From NCBI RefSeq assembly GCF_006345805.1, contig NW_021833812.1:1-54735 (forward strand): DNA of 54,735 nt, read 5' to 3'. The notes under the pieces are model-generated. The model did not search any database, was not told the origin of the DNA, and saw nothing but the letters and a program-made list of their open reading frames with translations. This document shows positions 1 to 11,817 of the stretch, piece by piece (the first letter of the stretch is position 1; each line of letters starts with the position of its first letter). Both the position numbers and the translations under genes were made by a program. The DNA comes from Octopus sinensis. Taxonomy: Eukaryota.

Positions 1-213
1 TGAGGGTTTCGTGAGGCCGGAGTGTCAGCCTCTTTCTGTTGCATTTTACGAAACGCAGAGGAAACTTTGGGTCTGTCCCTCGGCGTAGGCATTCCTACGC
101 AACCCAGGAGCAACGCGAACTGAAGTGTTTTGCTTCAGACCTCAACACACCGGAAAGCGAACCCACGGTATGGCGATTGCAAGTGCAGAGCGTTAACAAC
201 TAAGTCACGCACC
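1..213 (-). mobile_element. tRNA-derived SINE (5' part; continues past window start)
   Basis: Minus strand begins ggtgcgtgacttagttgttaacgctctgcacttgcaatcgccataccgtgggttcgctttcc, with A-box-like and B-box-like (ggttcgct) motifs. Confidence 0.65.
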
Positions 214-349
214 GTGTATTCCTAGCTCAGGCTGAAAACATAAAGGACGAAATTATTCCAACCAAAATCAGCGCGTTATTTTGTTATAGAAGCATTTAAC
301 AACGATCATATCGTCTCCAAACTTTGACACAAAGCCTACAAATTTTGGA

Positions 350-706
350 GACTGGCGTAAATCGATTACATCGACACCAACGCCCGATTGGTATTTCTTT
401 TAACGACACCGAAAGGATGAGAGGCAAAGTCGACCTCGGCGGAGTTTGAACTCCAAACATAAAGACGGACGAATTACCTATTTCTTTACTACCCACAAGG
501 GGCTAAACACACAGAGGACAAACAAGGACAGACATAGGTATTAAGTCGATTACATCGATCCCAGTGCGTAACTGGTACTTAATTTATCGACCCCGAAAGG
601 ATGAAAGGCAAAGTCGACCTCGGCGGAGTTTGAACTCAGAACGTAACGACAGACTAAATACGGCTACGCATTTCGCCCGGCGTGCTAACGTTTCTGCCAG
701 CTCGCC
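350..706 (-). mobile_element. SINE family A (central domain ...tttgcctttcatcctttcggggtcgataaattaagtaccag...), two tandem ~184-bp units
   Basis: Head ggcgagctggcagaaacgttagcacgccgggcg, B-box gagttcaaa. The central domain is repeated at ~362 and ~546, and the family recurs many times in the window. Confidence 0.85.
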
Positions 707-1142
707 GAAGTACCTCTAACCATTTTGCTTGGCGTGCTAACGATTCAGCCAGTATGTCGTTTTGTGTAATAACGATCATATTACCAAACATGCATGTTCC
801 ATAATTTAAGACGGTAGGACGTGTCTTAAGGCGTGTTCGCTAATATAATCCTTGCTGTGGAAGCAGCACATACAGGCACCTATGGGTTTTTACTATTGCG
901 TAATTACGGGTGGGTAAGGCTGTAAAGATGTAGATGTGTGCATACAAATATGCCCCAAAAATATATTCTGGGTATATTCATAGTTAATCTAATTAATCTA
1001 ATTAATAACCGAAGCCGTCATTAAGTGCAAATACACATTAAATTTTATGTGAGGACGTGTGCGTGTGAGTGTGTGTGTGTGATGATGTTTCTTGGATAGA
1101 ACTATTTTTCGTAATTATAATTACACGTAGATACAAGTATGC

Positions 1143-1295
1143 GTGTATAAATACACACAAACACACACACACACACACACACACAGAGACAGACATACAC
1201 ACAACATAACATGTATACATCTGGCTATGGTCTCTCTATCACCTATCAAATCATATATATATATACATATATATGTATACATACATATAAATATA

Positions 1296-1388
<93 letters not shown>
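1143..1388. repeat. (CA)n/(TA)n compound microsatellite
   Basis: Direct reading. Confidence 0.95.
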
Positions 1389-1390
<2 letters not shown>

Positions 1391-1450
1391 GGAGTAAGCA
1401 CGTAAATGTGAAAAAAGTACTCAAATACCAGAGGTAGAGTGATATGCTGT

Positions 1451-1613
1451 ATTTAAAAGCAGCAGAAATATAACAAAAGCTGTTAGTCAGAGTTTCACGT
1501 TCCCGTTCGTGGGACAGTTTTTGTTAATTTTCTATTTTAACAAAAACTGTCCGACGAACGGAAACGTGAAACTCTGAGTAGCAGCTTTTGTTATATTTCT
1601 GCTGCTTTTAAAT
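1451..1613. repeat. Imperfect ~77-bp inverted repeat (arms 1451-1527 and 1537-1613), each arm with a hammerhead-like motif
   Basis: The arms are reverse complements with a few mismatches around a 9-nt loop. Right arm reads caaaaactgt-CCGACGA-acggaaacgt-GAAAC-tctga-GTA-gcagcttttg. Confidence 0.8.
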
Positions 1614-1616
1614 AAA

Positions 1617-1661
<45 letters not shown>

Positions 1662-1911
1662 TGCATGTATGCATGTATCAGGACAATAGAACAAGGTAGG
1701 AAATGAAGAAAATTTAGTACCGGTTTCAGTCTTTTCGACTTTTTCAACTTGGAGTAAAGCATGAAAACAAATGAATTGTGCAAAAGTTAAATGAAATGTT
1801 TTTAAATATATTTCCATAATTTTCAAATATATGGGACATTTTCTTTTTTTCTCCCTCTCTCTTTCTTTTACTTTTATACACGCACATACACACACGTACA
1901 TACATACATGC

Positions 1912-1962
<51 letters not shown>

Positions 1963-2242
1963 TGTTGGTGCAATCAAGAAAACTAGGACTCATTTTATGA
2001 GTATATGCATATTTCTGTTAACATTCAGTACAAGTAGCACAGTGACTCAAGGTCCGAGATTTTCGTTCGTTAGCAGTATATCTACATATTCGCAGACGTA
2101 TATATATATATATATAATATATATATATATAGTATTGTGCGCATGTGTTTGTGTGTTTTTGTGTGTATGCTTATGTATATCGCTTCCCCGTCTGCGCGTA
2201 TTTTTGTGCGTGATTTTGCTTATGTGTGTGCGTGTGTTCATT

Positions 2243-2271
2243 TGTAGATGGATAAATAGACAGATAGATAC

Positions 2272-2304
<33 letters not shown>

Positions 2305-2377
2305 GACAGATAGATAGACAGATAGGTTGACAGACAGACAGACAAATAGATAGATAAGAAGACAGGTAGATAGTTGA

Positions 2378-2427
<50 letters not shown>

Positions 2428-2440
2428 GGATGGATGGATG

Positions 2441-2479
<39 letters not shown>

Positions 2480-2480
2480 G

Positions 2481-2547
<67 letters not shown>
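2243..2547. repeat. (GATA)n/(GACA)n microsatellite
   Basis: Direct reading. Confidence 0.95.
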
Positions 2548-2548
<1 letters not shown>

Positions 2549-3801
2549 TGTTTCTTTATTAGCCACACAGGGCTGCACACAGATAGAACAAATTACAAGG
2601 TAGAGCTTTTCTTTTGAAGGTTAAAAAAAAAAAAAAAAAAAGAAAAAATAGGAAGGGGGAGTTTCGATCAAAAGGGATCGTAAAAGGAGAGAAAGAGGAC
2701 AAAAGAAAGGGAGTGTTAAAAAAAAAAAAAAAAAAGGGGGAGAGGAAAAAAAAATTGATCAATAGGGATCGTTATCACAGAAATGTCAATATGAAGTGTA
2801 AAGGGGAGGAGGACAGGTGAGGTTTTTACGTGGAAAGAAAAGCCTACGGAAAAGACCACGGTAACCTCGGTCAATGAAGTCACATTTTATATTCTTTTTT
2901 TTTTTTTTTTTTTTTTTGCAAATAAGCAACTCTCTGTTTTCGATTTCTGGGTTCATAGGACTATGCTCAAGGTGGCTTCGTCATTCATTACGTGCCATTC
3001 TTGCTACATTCACCCATCTTTTTTTAAAACATTCGCTAGACAAAACTGCCTCTCTACTCTCACTTTCCTTTTCAAGTGGTACTTGAAGAAGAAGTTGATG
3101 AGAGATTGACCAGAGAGGAAAGTGTTTGTCTCCAATCCTTTCAGACGCGTCCACCAGATACATTCTTTCGCCATAGCCACAAGGATGATGAAAATAGCTC
3201 TCCTTCCCGTTTGAAGGAAGGAGGCGTGACAATATTGACGATAGACTCAGCTGATAAACCGACTCGTCCAACACGTGACAGCAGTTGTTCGACACAAGCC
3301 CAAGGTCGGAAATTGTTGGACACTGAACGAGTGCGTGCAGAACGGTTTCGTCGCTCTGACCGCATCTCGGGCAGGTCGGCCCCGTGTTTCTCGAGCGTGT
3401 CTGTAGAGCTTATCCCGAACGTGTAGCGCTTCTCGGTAGCACTGCCAGGCCAGGATCTCTGGAAGTTGTCCATGGGCCCTGGCCCGAAAGTCGTCCCGAA
3501 CAGGCGGGTCAGGTACTCCTCGTCGACGTCCAGGTTCGCCCCGAGCTCGTCGTCGTACCTCCCCTCCACTAAACCCCTACAGAATGCTTTGGTTGTGTGA
3601 AGTGAAGTCACTTAAGGTCGACCCAGGACGGCAGAGTTGCTTGAGAGCAACGCGACACTCGCGGTGCCATTCGCCCTTCCTCGGCCTCTTTTTGATCCAC
3701 GACTGCAGTTCGGTCATGGAGACGAGCTGCGGGAAAGCGTGCCTCACAAACGGCGACCACACCTGTTCACCGTCGTCTACATAGAGCCAGAGATGTCGCA
3801 G
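2548..3801 (-). mobile_element. 5'-truncated Tx1/L1-clade non-LTR retrotransposon, copy 1 (ORF2 C-terminus with zf-RVT zinc knuckle plus 3' UTR)
   Basis: Joined frames read FQRSxAW..REALPVRD...CPRCGQSDETVLHALVQCP..LWAYVEQLL, the CCHC motif of L1/Tx1 ORF2. The 3' UTR ends ...AATAAAGAAAC and (GATA)n flanks both sides. Confidence 0.85.
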
Positions 3802-3823
3802 ATAGATAGATAGATAGATAGAT

Positions 3824-5070
3824 ATGTTTCTTTATTAGCCACACAGGGCTGCACACAGATAGAACAAATTACAAGGTAGAGCTTTTCTTTTGAAGGTTTA
3901 AAAAAAAAAAAAAAAAAAAAGAAAAAATAGGAAGGGGGAGTTTCGATCAAAAGGGATCGTAAAAGGAGAGAAAGAGGACAAAAAAGGGGGGTAAAAAAAA
4001 GGGGGAGAGGAAGAAAAAAAAAAAATTGATCAATAGGGATCGTTATCACAGAAATGTCAATATGAAGTGTAAAGGGGAGGACAGGTGAGGTTTACCCGTG
4101 GAAAGAAAAGCCTACGGAAAAGACCACGGTAACCTCGGTCAATGGAGTCACATGTTATATTTCTTTTTTTTTTTTTTTTGCAAATAAGCAACTCTCTGTT
4201 TTCAATTTCTGGGTTCATAGGATCATGCTCAAGGTGGCTTCGTCATTCATACGTGCCCTTCTTGCTACATTCACCCATCTTTTTTTAAAACATTCGCTAG
4301 ACAAAACTTGCCTCTCTACTCTCACTTTCCTTTTCAAGTGGTACTTGAAGAAGTGATGAGAGATTGACCAGAGAGGAAAGTGTTTGTCTCCAATCCTTTC
4401 AGACGCGTCCACCAGATACATTCTTTCGCCATAGCCACAAGGATGATGAAAATAGCTCTTCCTTCCCGTTGAAGGAGGGAGGCGTGACGTGACAATATTA
4501 ACGATAGACTCAGCTGATAAACCGACTCGTCCCACACGTGACAGCAGTTGTTCGACATAAGCCCACAGGTCGGAAAGTGTTGGACACTGCACGAGTGCGT
4601 GTAGAACGGTTTCGTCGCTCTGACCGCATCTCGGGAGGTCGGCCCCGTGTTCTCGAGCCGTGTCTGTAGAGCTATCCCGAACGGGTAGCGCTTCTCGGTA
4701 GAACTGCCAGGCCAGGGATCTCTGGAAGTTGTCCATGGGCCCTGGCCCGAAAGTCGTCCTGAACAGGCGGGTCAGGTACTCCTCGTCGACGTCCAGGTTC
4801 GCCCCGAGCTCGTCGTCGTACCTCCCCTCCACTAAACCCCTATAGAATGCTTGTTGGTGTGTTGAAGTCACTCAAGGTCGACAGGACGGCAGAGTTGCTT
4901 GAGAGCAACGCGACACTCGCGGTGCCATTCGCCCTTCTTCGGCCTCTTTTTGATCCACGACTGCAGTTCGGTCATGGGGACGAACTGCGGGAAGGCGTGC
5001 CTCACAAACGGCGACCACGCCTGTTCACCGTCGTCTACATAGAGCCAGAGATGTCGCAGTCTCAGCGCAG
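3824..5070 (-). mobile_element. 5'-truncated Tx1/L1-clade non-LTR retrotransposon, copy 2
   Basis: Near-identical to 2548-3801. ORF 4215-4871 contains PRCGQSDETVLHALVQCPTLSDLW and ends SMIL*. Confidence 0.85.
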
Positions 5071-5087
5071 ATAGATAGATAGATAGG

Positions 5088-5132
<45 letters not shown>

Positions 5133-5145
5133 GGATGGATGGATG

Positions 5146-5192
<47 letters not shown>

Positions 5193-5213
5193 GGATGGAT
5201 GGATGGATGGATG

Positions 5214-5277
<64 letters not shown>

Positions 5278-5278
5278 T
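5071..5278. repeat. (GATA)n/(GGAT)n microsatellite
   Basis: Direct reading. Confidence 0.95.
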
Positions 5279-5528
5279 ACATGCGTACATACATAAATAC
5301 ATGCTTACATCTATCCATATATTTAATGTGTGTGTATCCAAACATCCCTACGTATTCAAATACATACAGCCATACATACACATATACATAGACACACATA
5401 TGCCTAGACACACATATGTATATTTACAAATATAGATATATACAGGAATATACATACATACATTCATACCTATATGCATACATAAGTTATATACATAGAT
5501 AGAAAAATTTGGAATTGCAATGAAGTAA

Positions 5529-6603
5529 GCCTTGATCTAGGTTAGAAACCGGCTCTTTCTCTATTGGCAAGAAATCTTGAAATAAACTAAATAATAAACA
5601 TACATACATGCATGGATACATACATACATACATACATAGATACATACATACATACATACATACATACATACATACATACATACATACGTGCATACATACG
5701 CACGTACGCACAGAATATTTGTTTCGTAAGCATGTAAACAGAAATAGCCTGATATGGTATATATTTATATATAGACATTACAATATGAAACTCGATATCA
5801 ACCAACCCAGCGTGTTAATACAACACTCTTCTATTGACGTATATCGTATCATTAACGTCGATCATTTTTAGTTGTTCTGATAAAACATATTTATAACTCG
5901 TTTGACATATTGTTACGCACAAGGGTTTGGTCCGCCCGGGTTTGGTACGCCCAAGGTGCCATGCAGTGCGACTGAACTCGTAACCGTGTCGTTGGTAAGC
6001 AAGCTTCTTAGCACAGAGCCACGTCTGCGCCTATTTACGCGTTCATGTACGTATGCTTGCATACGTACATATAATCGTATATGAACTTGTATATGTATGT
6101 ATACATATATGTACATAAGTACGTACATATGTATGTATGTATGAATGAATGTATGTATGTATGTATGCATGTATGTATGTGTGCATGTATGTTTGTTTAT
6201 TCAGTTTATTTCAAGATTTCTTGCCAATAGAGAAAGAGCCGGTTTCTAACCTAGATCCAAGGCTCCTTCATTTGAATTTCAACATTAACAATAGGGTATG
6301 TTTGTATGTATGTATGTATGTATGTATGTATGTATGTATGTATGTATGTATGTAGTATGTATGTATGTATGTATGTATGTATGTATGTATATGTGTATGT
6401 ATGTATGTATATATATATGTATATATATATGTATGTATGTATGTATGCATGTATGTAAATATGTATATATGTATGTAAGAATGAATGAATGAATGTATAT
6501 CATTGTTCAGTTTTATTTCAAGATTTCTTGCTAATACAGAAAGAGCCGGTTTCTAATCTAGATCCAATACTCGTTCATTGGAATTTCAACACGAACAACA
6601 GGG
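5529..6603. repeat. Three copies of a ~100-bp interspersed repeat (5529-5587 +, 6204-6296 -, 6510-6603 -) with (TACA)n tracts
   Basis: Shared core gccttggatctaggttagaaaccggctctttctctattggcaagaaatcttgaaataaa. A relative occurs at 49345-49810. Confidence 0.85.
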
Positions 6604-6651
6604 TAGTTTTGTATGTATGTATGTATGTATGTATGTATGTATGTATGTATG

Positions 6652-6697
<46 letters not shown>

Positions 6698-6869
6698 ATA
6701 TATATATATATATATACGTGTAGATTTGTATGTTTTGTTTTATGTATGTCTTGTCATGCGTATACTTGCACGTGAAGACATGCTCACATGTACTTAAATG
6801 ATAAACTTTTGGACAGTTTTACAAAGTTTTACAGATCCAGGGATGGATTGCGTCTGTAGTCATACTCCT

Positions 6870-7060
6870 TTCAGCACAAGGCCTGAGATTTTGCGGGAGA
6901 GGGCTAATCGATTACGTCAGTCAAGCGTGTAACTGTTGCTTATTTCCTCGATGCCGAATGGATGAAAAGCAAAGTCGACCTAAGCAGAATTTGAACTCTG
7001 AACATAAAGACGAACAGAATACTATCAAACATTTTATCCGATGTACTAACGATTCGATCT
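6870..7060 (-). mobile_element. Degenerate SINE family A
   Basis: Contains gatgaaaagcaaagtcgacctaagcagaatttgaactctgaac. Confidence 0.7.
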
Positions 7061-7859
7061 CTTATAGGTTAGTTAATTGCATTTTAATTCACACTCTTGG
7101 AGGTTATGCTATTTTTTGTTTAATTAACAATTTGGTTTAACTATTACTACCATTTGTCTTAAATGTTCCTTTTATGGAAATGCTGTGAAAGCCATGTGCA
7201 TTGCTGCTATTTCGGTGTTTTCCGCACCCCCAAAGGGCGTTTTCTTGTAACAGAAGTTTTAAATTGCGTTAATAAACAATAAAGATCAACTTATTAATAG
7301 CGTTTTAACTGTGTTTCTACTTATGTCAAATCTCAACGAAATATTGGTTTATGATATTGATGTATGACGTCATACAGAGTGCGTCGCACAACCGGGAATA
7401 AAGCAAATCACAAGGGGACAAAATAAATGCAATAAAGAGAAAGTAATACGAACAGCAAGCTTCCAAAAATACGAAACATGAAAGACCCAAGGCATTCAAG
7501 AGAACTACACTCAGTCACGAAAACGACGGCATACCAAAATCAGATGATCCATGTCTCTGTTATCAATAAGGCTCACGATGAGAGCCCTATTAGTTTCTTG
7601 AATCCTTGTTTCCGCCGTTCGATTGCCAGGTCATATGATGGTAGTGGGTCACATGATCACGCTGATATTGTGAGTCTGGTCATGATATGAATTCCATGAA
7701 CCTAAAAATATGTACCGAATGTCCTTGTACTTTTGCCCTTCTCAGATCGCTGGGGTTGCCTTCTATGATGTTCTAAATCTGCTAGATGAACCCTAATCCT
7801 AACCCTGGCAACGTTGGGTTGTCGAGGAATTTTTTATCTTTTATTTGTTATTTTTTATC

Positions 7860-8040
7860 TCTTACTTGGTTCAGTCGTTAGACTGCGGCCATGCTGGGGC
7901 ATAACCTTGAAGGAAAGTGGCCGAACGAATCGAGTCGACTACGAATTTTTATCAAAGCCCTGGAACTTATTCTATCAGACCCATTTGCCGAAGCGATAGG
8001 TAATGGGAACGTAAAAACATAACACTAAATGTCAAGCGTC
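7860..8040 (-). mobile_element. 3' fragment of CORE-type SINE family B
   Basis: ttcagtcgttagactgcggccatgctgg...gtcgactacg...ttattctatc matches the family tail. Confidence 0.65.
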
Positions 8041-8249
8041 TTGTCCTTTGAACAATAATCAAGTACCCAAGACTTAATAAGGAAGGGGTTCTAGATTTAC
8101 TAGAAAAAAAGTCCCTAATTTACATTAAAGGACATTCTATCGTCTTAGAATGGAAGTCCTAGACATACACTGGCACTTAATAATACAGCTGTGGTCCAGT
8201 AAAGATGCAGTATGACCATAGCTGTTATCCTAATACAGCATCAGCAGAT

Positions 8250-10642
8250 AATAGAGTAAGAAGGAAGTGGACCAGCGAAGACAATAGGATGCAGTGCTAC
8301 TTAGAAAGTGAAGCTAAAAGAAAGGGTCTATAGAAAACAGATGTTAATACTTTGGATAGAGAAGGATATGTTTAAAGTGACTGGGCAGAGATTAGTAGAT
8401 CAAGCTAACGCTATTAGGAGAAGAAAGTGGATGGCAAAACAGGATGCTGAAGAGATCACAAAAAAACTGGAAAAGAAAGACTAGGCAGTGGGAAAGACAA
8501 GCAGCAACATAAGAGATACAGCTCAATCCAAAGAACCTAAAGGAAGAATTACTATTTTTAAATCCCACAGCGAGAGATATTCAGCAACAGTATTTTGTAG
8601 TAAAGATTGTTTGCCAACATAACATGGCAGTCTCGGTTTAGGACGAATGTTACTGTAATTTAGCCCCAGTAGACATCGTCTCCAGCTAGCTATACAACAC
8701 GATATGTGTCCTCATATTTTCGAACAAGGGAATCTAGCACCCCAACTCAGCTCAAAACAATATCTGTGTATCGCTATTTCCGAGTTATTTCCCTTCATCC
8801 GACCGAATAATTATTCGGCTAGAAATGGCACTGCCAAATTCCCGTTCGAAATATATAGTTTTCAAAGTGACAATTAGTCACTGATCTATAAATTTGAAAA
8901 TTACTATTTTTAAATCTCACAACGAGAGATATTTTGCCTCAGTACTTTGTAGTAAAGATTGTTTGCCAACATAACATGGCAGTCCTGGTTTAGGCTGAAT
9001 GTTGCTGTAATTTAGCCCCAGGAGACATCGTCTCCAGCTGGCTATACGACACAATGTAAGCAATGTAAGGAGGAATGTAAGGACACTTATCGTGTTGTAT
9101 AGCCAGCTGAAGGCGATGTCTCCTAGTGATAAATTACAGCAACATTCGTCCTAAACCGAGACTGCTATGTTGTGTTGGCAAACAATTTTTATTCTAAAGG
9201 AAGAAGATAATAATAGCGTTAACAATTAGGAAGGAAACACTGGCACCAGCGATTTAAGTGAGGAATATCAGAAGATTTTAGATGGGTTGCAGGAAGTAAT
9301 GGGTAAAGAATTCATAAAAACATTGCCAGCATTATAGGAAGCTATAAGAAATGACTAAGGAAATAGATTCTGTTATCAGTAGAATAGATGCCAAAAATAT
9401 AGGAGACACTAACTTATTGACCTATGCAGGAGGAGTAGAAGTCACCAGAATATTAGATATTCCACAAGGAAAGATTAAAATAGAACGAATATAGAAAAGG
9501 AGATTACAAAATAAAGTGAAGACTTTAAAACAAGATCTGGGTAGAATAGAAGCCTGGAAACAAAACAAGTTAGGAAACACACGATGCAAATTTTCTCTTA
9601 AGAAAATATACTTAGTCAAAAAGAAATGATTTGGTACAGTAATAGAAGAGTTGAAACAGTGTATTATAGCAGTAGCAGGCAAGCTCTCCAGATATCAGTA
9701 TCAACAGAATATATTATTTGAGAGAGACCAGAGGAGAGTTTATAACCAAATAAATAGTGAAGAACGAAGTACTGAAGATGAGAAACCTAATGCAGAAGAA
9801 GCTAGAAAGTTCTGGAGTAATATTTGGGATAAACCAGTCAATCATAATGGAGATGCAGTATGGTTAAAGAGAATGAGAGAAGAAGTAGTGAGTGACAAGC
9901 AGGCAGATCTAAGACTAACTAGTGCATTAATGAGTAAAGTGTTAGGAAAAATGCCGAACTGGAAGGGCCCAGGACCAGATTTAGTTCAAGGGTATTGACT
10001 AAAGATTTTCAGTAGTTTACACGGGATGCAGAGGGAACAACTTCAGGATTGCTTTAATGGAGAAATAAAACCAGATTTGATGACTAGAGGGAGGTTACAC
10101 CTTATGAAAGATAAAAGCAAGGGTAATATAGCTAGCAATTAAAGATCAATCCCTCGTGGAAGCTGTTAACAGTAATGCTTTCAGAAAACATTTACGAGAA
10201 CGTTGACAACCAGAATTTTCTACCAGATGAACAGTTGCAGGAAGAAGGCTTGAGAAACTTATGATCTGTTATACACAGGTAAAGCGGTTCTAAATTAAAG
10301 CTAGAAAGAAAAATCTAACAAAAGCATGGATAGATTATAAGAAAACCTGTGACATGATCCCACACTCATCGAGGTTTGAGTATATTCAGTATAGCAGACA
10401 ACATAAGCGAATTAATTAGTTTAAGCATGGAGAAATGGAAAGCAGATCTGTACTCAGGTGACACTGTCTAAGGGAAAATTGATATCAAGAGGAGAATTTT
10501 CCAGGGGGATTTCTTATCCCCTTTAATATTTGCATTATATTTGATCTCCCCGAATTTAGTATTACGGAAGGCAAAAGCAGGGTATCAATTCAGAAATAGC
10601 AAAATTAACCATTTGCTCTACATGGATGATCTGAAGCTTTTT
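8250..10642 (+). mobile_element. Degenerate R4/Dong-clade (RLE) LINE: N-terminal domain to the RT YMDD motif, interrupted at 8549-9193
   Basis: Translations include RRKWTSEDNRMQCY...QRLVDQANAIRRRKW, FWSNIWDKPVNHN, PNWKGPGPD, AWIDYKK..DMIPHS, RGIFQGDxLSPLIF and INHLLYMDDLKLF (YMDD at 10619-10630). Many stops and frameshifts; ends in (AAT)n. Confidence 0.85.
8549..9193. mobile_element. Insertion with direct-direct-inverted internal repeats and a 12-bp TSD (ctaaaggaagaa)
   Basis: A ~155-bp unit lies at 8547-8711 and 8899-9051, with an inverted copy at 9081-9196. TSD copies at 8537-8548 and 9194-9205. Confidence 0.75.
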
Positions 10643-10668
10643 TGATGATGATGATAATAATAATAATG

Positions 10669-10725
<57 letters not shown>

Positions 10726-10734
10726 GTTTCAAAT

Positions 10735-10925
10735 TTTGGCACAAGGCCAACAATTGCAGGGCAAGGGATTAGTCGACAACGTCAATCGCAGTACTTAACT
10801 GGTACTTATTTCATCGGCCCTGAAAGGATTAAATAGGAAATCGACTCGGCGGGATTTGAACTCAGAACGTAAAGAGAGACAGACGAAACGTATCTAGAGT
10901 ACTTTGCCCGACATGCTCACCGCTT
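10735..10925 (-). mobile_element. SINE family A
   Basis: cagtacttaactggtacttatttcatcggccctgaaagg...atttgaactcagaacgtaa. Confidence 0.75.
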
Positions 10926-11468
10926 TAATAAAAATACTGGCTGGTTTATAGTGGAGAATCTTTCATTATATGTACTACAGCTTTATCAGAGCAGGTCTTG
11001 AGCTAATCGAAAAAAGAAAACGATAATAACCCACTAATGACACCATGAGAACTGACTCGTAGCCAAAAGCAAAAACACCACCTATTATACACTAACAAAA
11101 ATAACAGCAATAACCGCAACATTAATAATGGCAAATACTTTCTCTTTCATCGTTCTTTGATCACAAGTCTTTAATTATTTCATAACATCATAATTATACA
11201 TTTAGATTTAATATGGCGGAACAACAAACAAAAGTTTCAAATTAGGAAAATGTGGCCGGTAATTTTTATGAAGATCAATAAAAATAATAAAATAATTGCA
11301 GAGATAATATACCGCAAAAGAAAACAAAATGAACATTGAGATACATGCATCGGTTGTTAGTGTGTGCATTTTAATTCCTTATACGTAGATTGGGCCATAC
11401 GTAAAATTTTAATAACCCATATTTGGTCTATATTAGATATTAATGTTTCCTAATGTTCAGCAAAGTGG

Positions 11469-11773
11469 AGACACACGTCTTAGTGGTTAGAACAGCGGAC
11501 CTGCGGTCGAGGGATAGCGGGTTCGAGTCTCAGACCAGCCGATGTGTGTGTCTATGAGCGAAACAACTAAGCTCCACGCCGCTCCGGCAGAAGGTAATGG
11601 CGAACTTCTGTTAATTCTTTCACCACAAATTCCTCTCACTCTTTCGTCCTGCATCTAGCAGCTCACCTGCGACGGACCGGTGTCCCGTCCAGATAAGGAA
11701 CCTATACGCCAAGGAAACCGGGAAACCGGCCTTTATGAGCCAGGCATGGCTCCAGAAATAACAAACAACAACA
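11469..11773 (+). mobile_element. tRNA-derived SINE family C head with a V-domain-like segment and (AAC)n tail
   Basis: cttagtggttagaacagcggac...gggttcgagtctc (A and B boxes), then acctgcgacggaccggtgtcccgtccag; ends aacaaacaacaac. Confidence 0.8.
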
Positions 11774-11817
11774 TGTTTGGTCTTTATTAGTATTAATGCT
11801 TCCTAATGTTAATGGAA

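Noticed and set aside
7460-7800. Faint RTE/L2 endonuclease-like strings (MTWQSNGG; MDHLILVCRRFR) on the minus strand
   Set aside because: The motifs are in different frames with implausible spacing and cannot be supported without a profile search.
8547-9196. CRISPR-like or hammerhead reading of the repeated 155-bp unit
   Set aside because: The units are long, few and partly inverted, with no spacers or cas genes in eukaryotic DNA. All three copies read TAAATT where GAAA is required.
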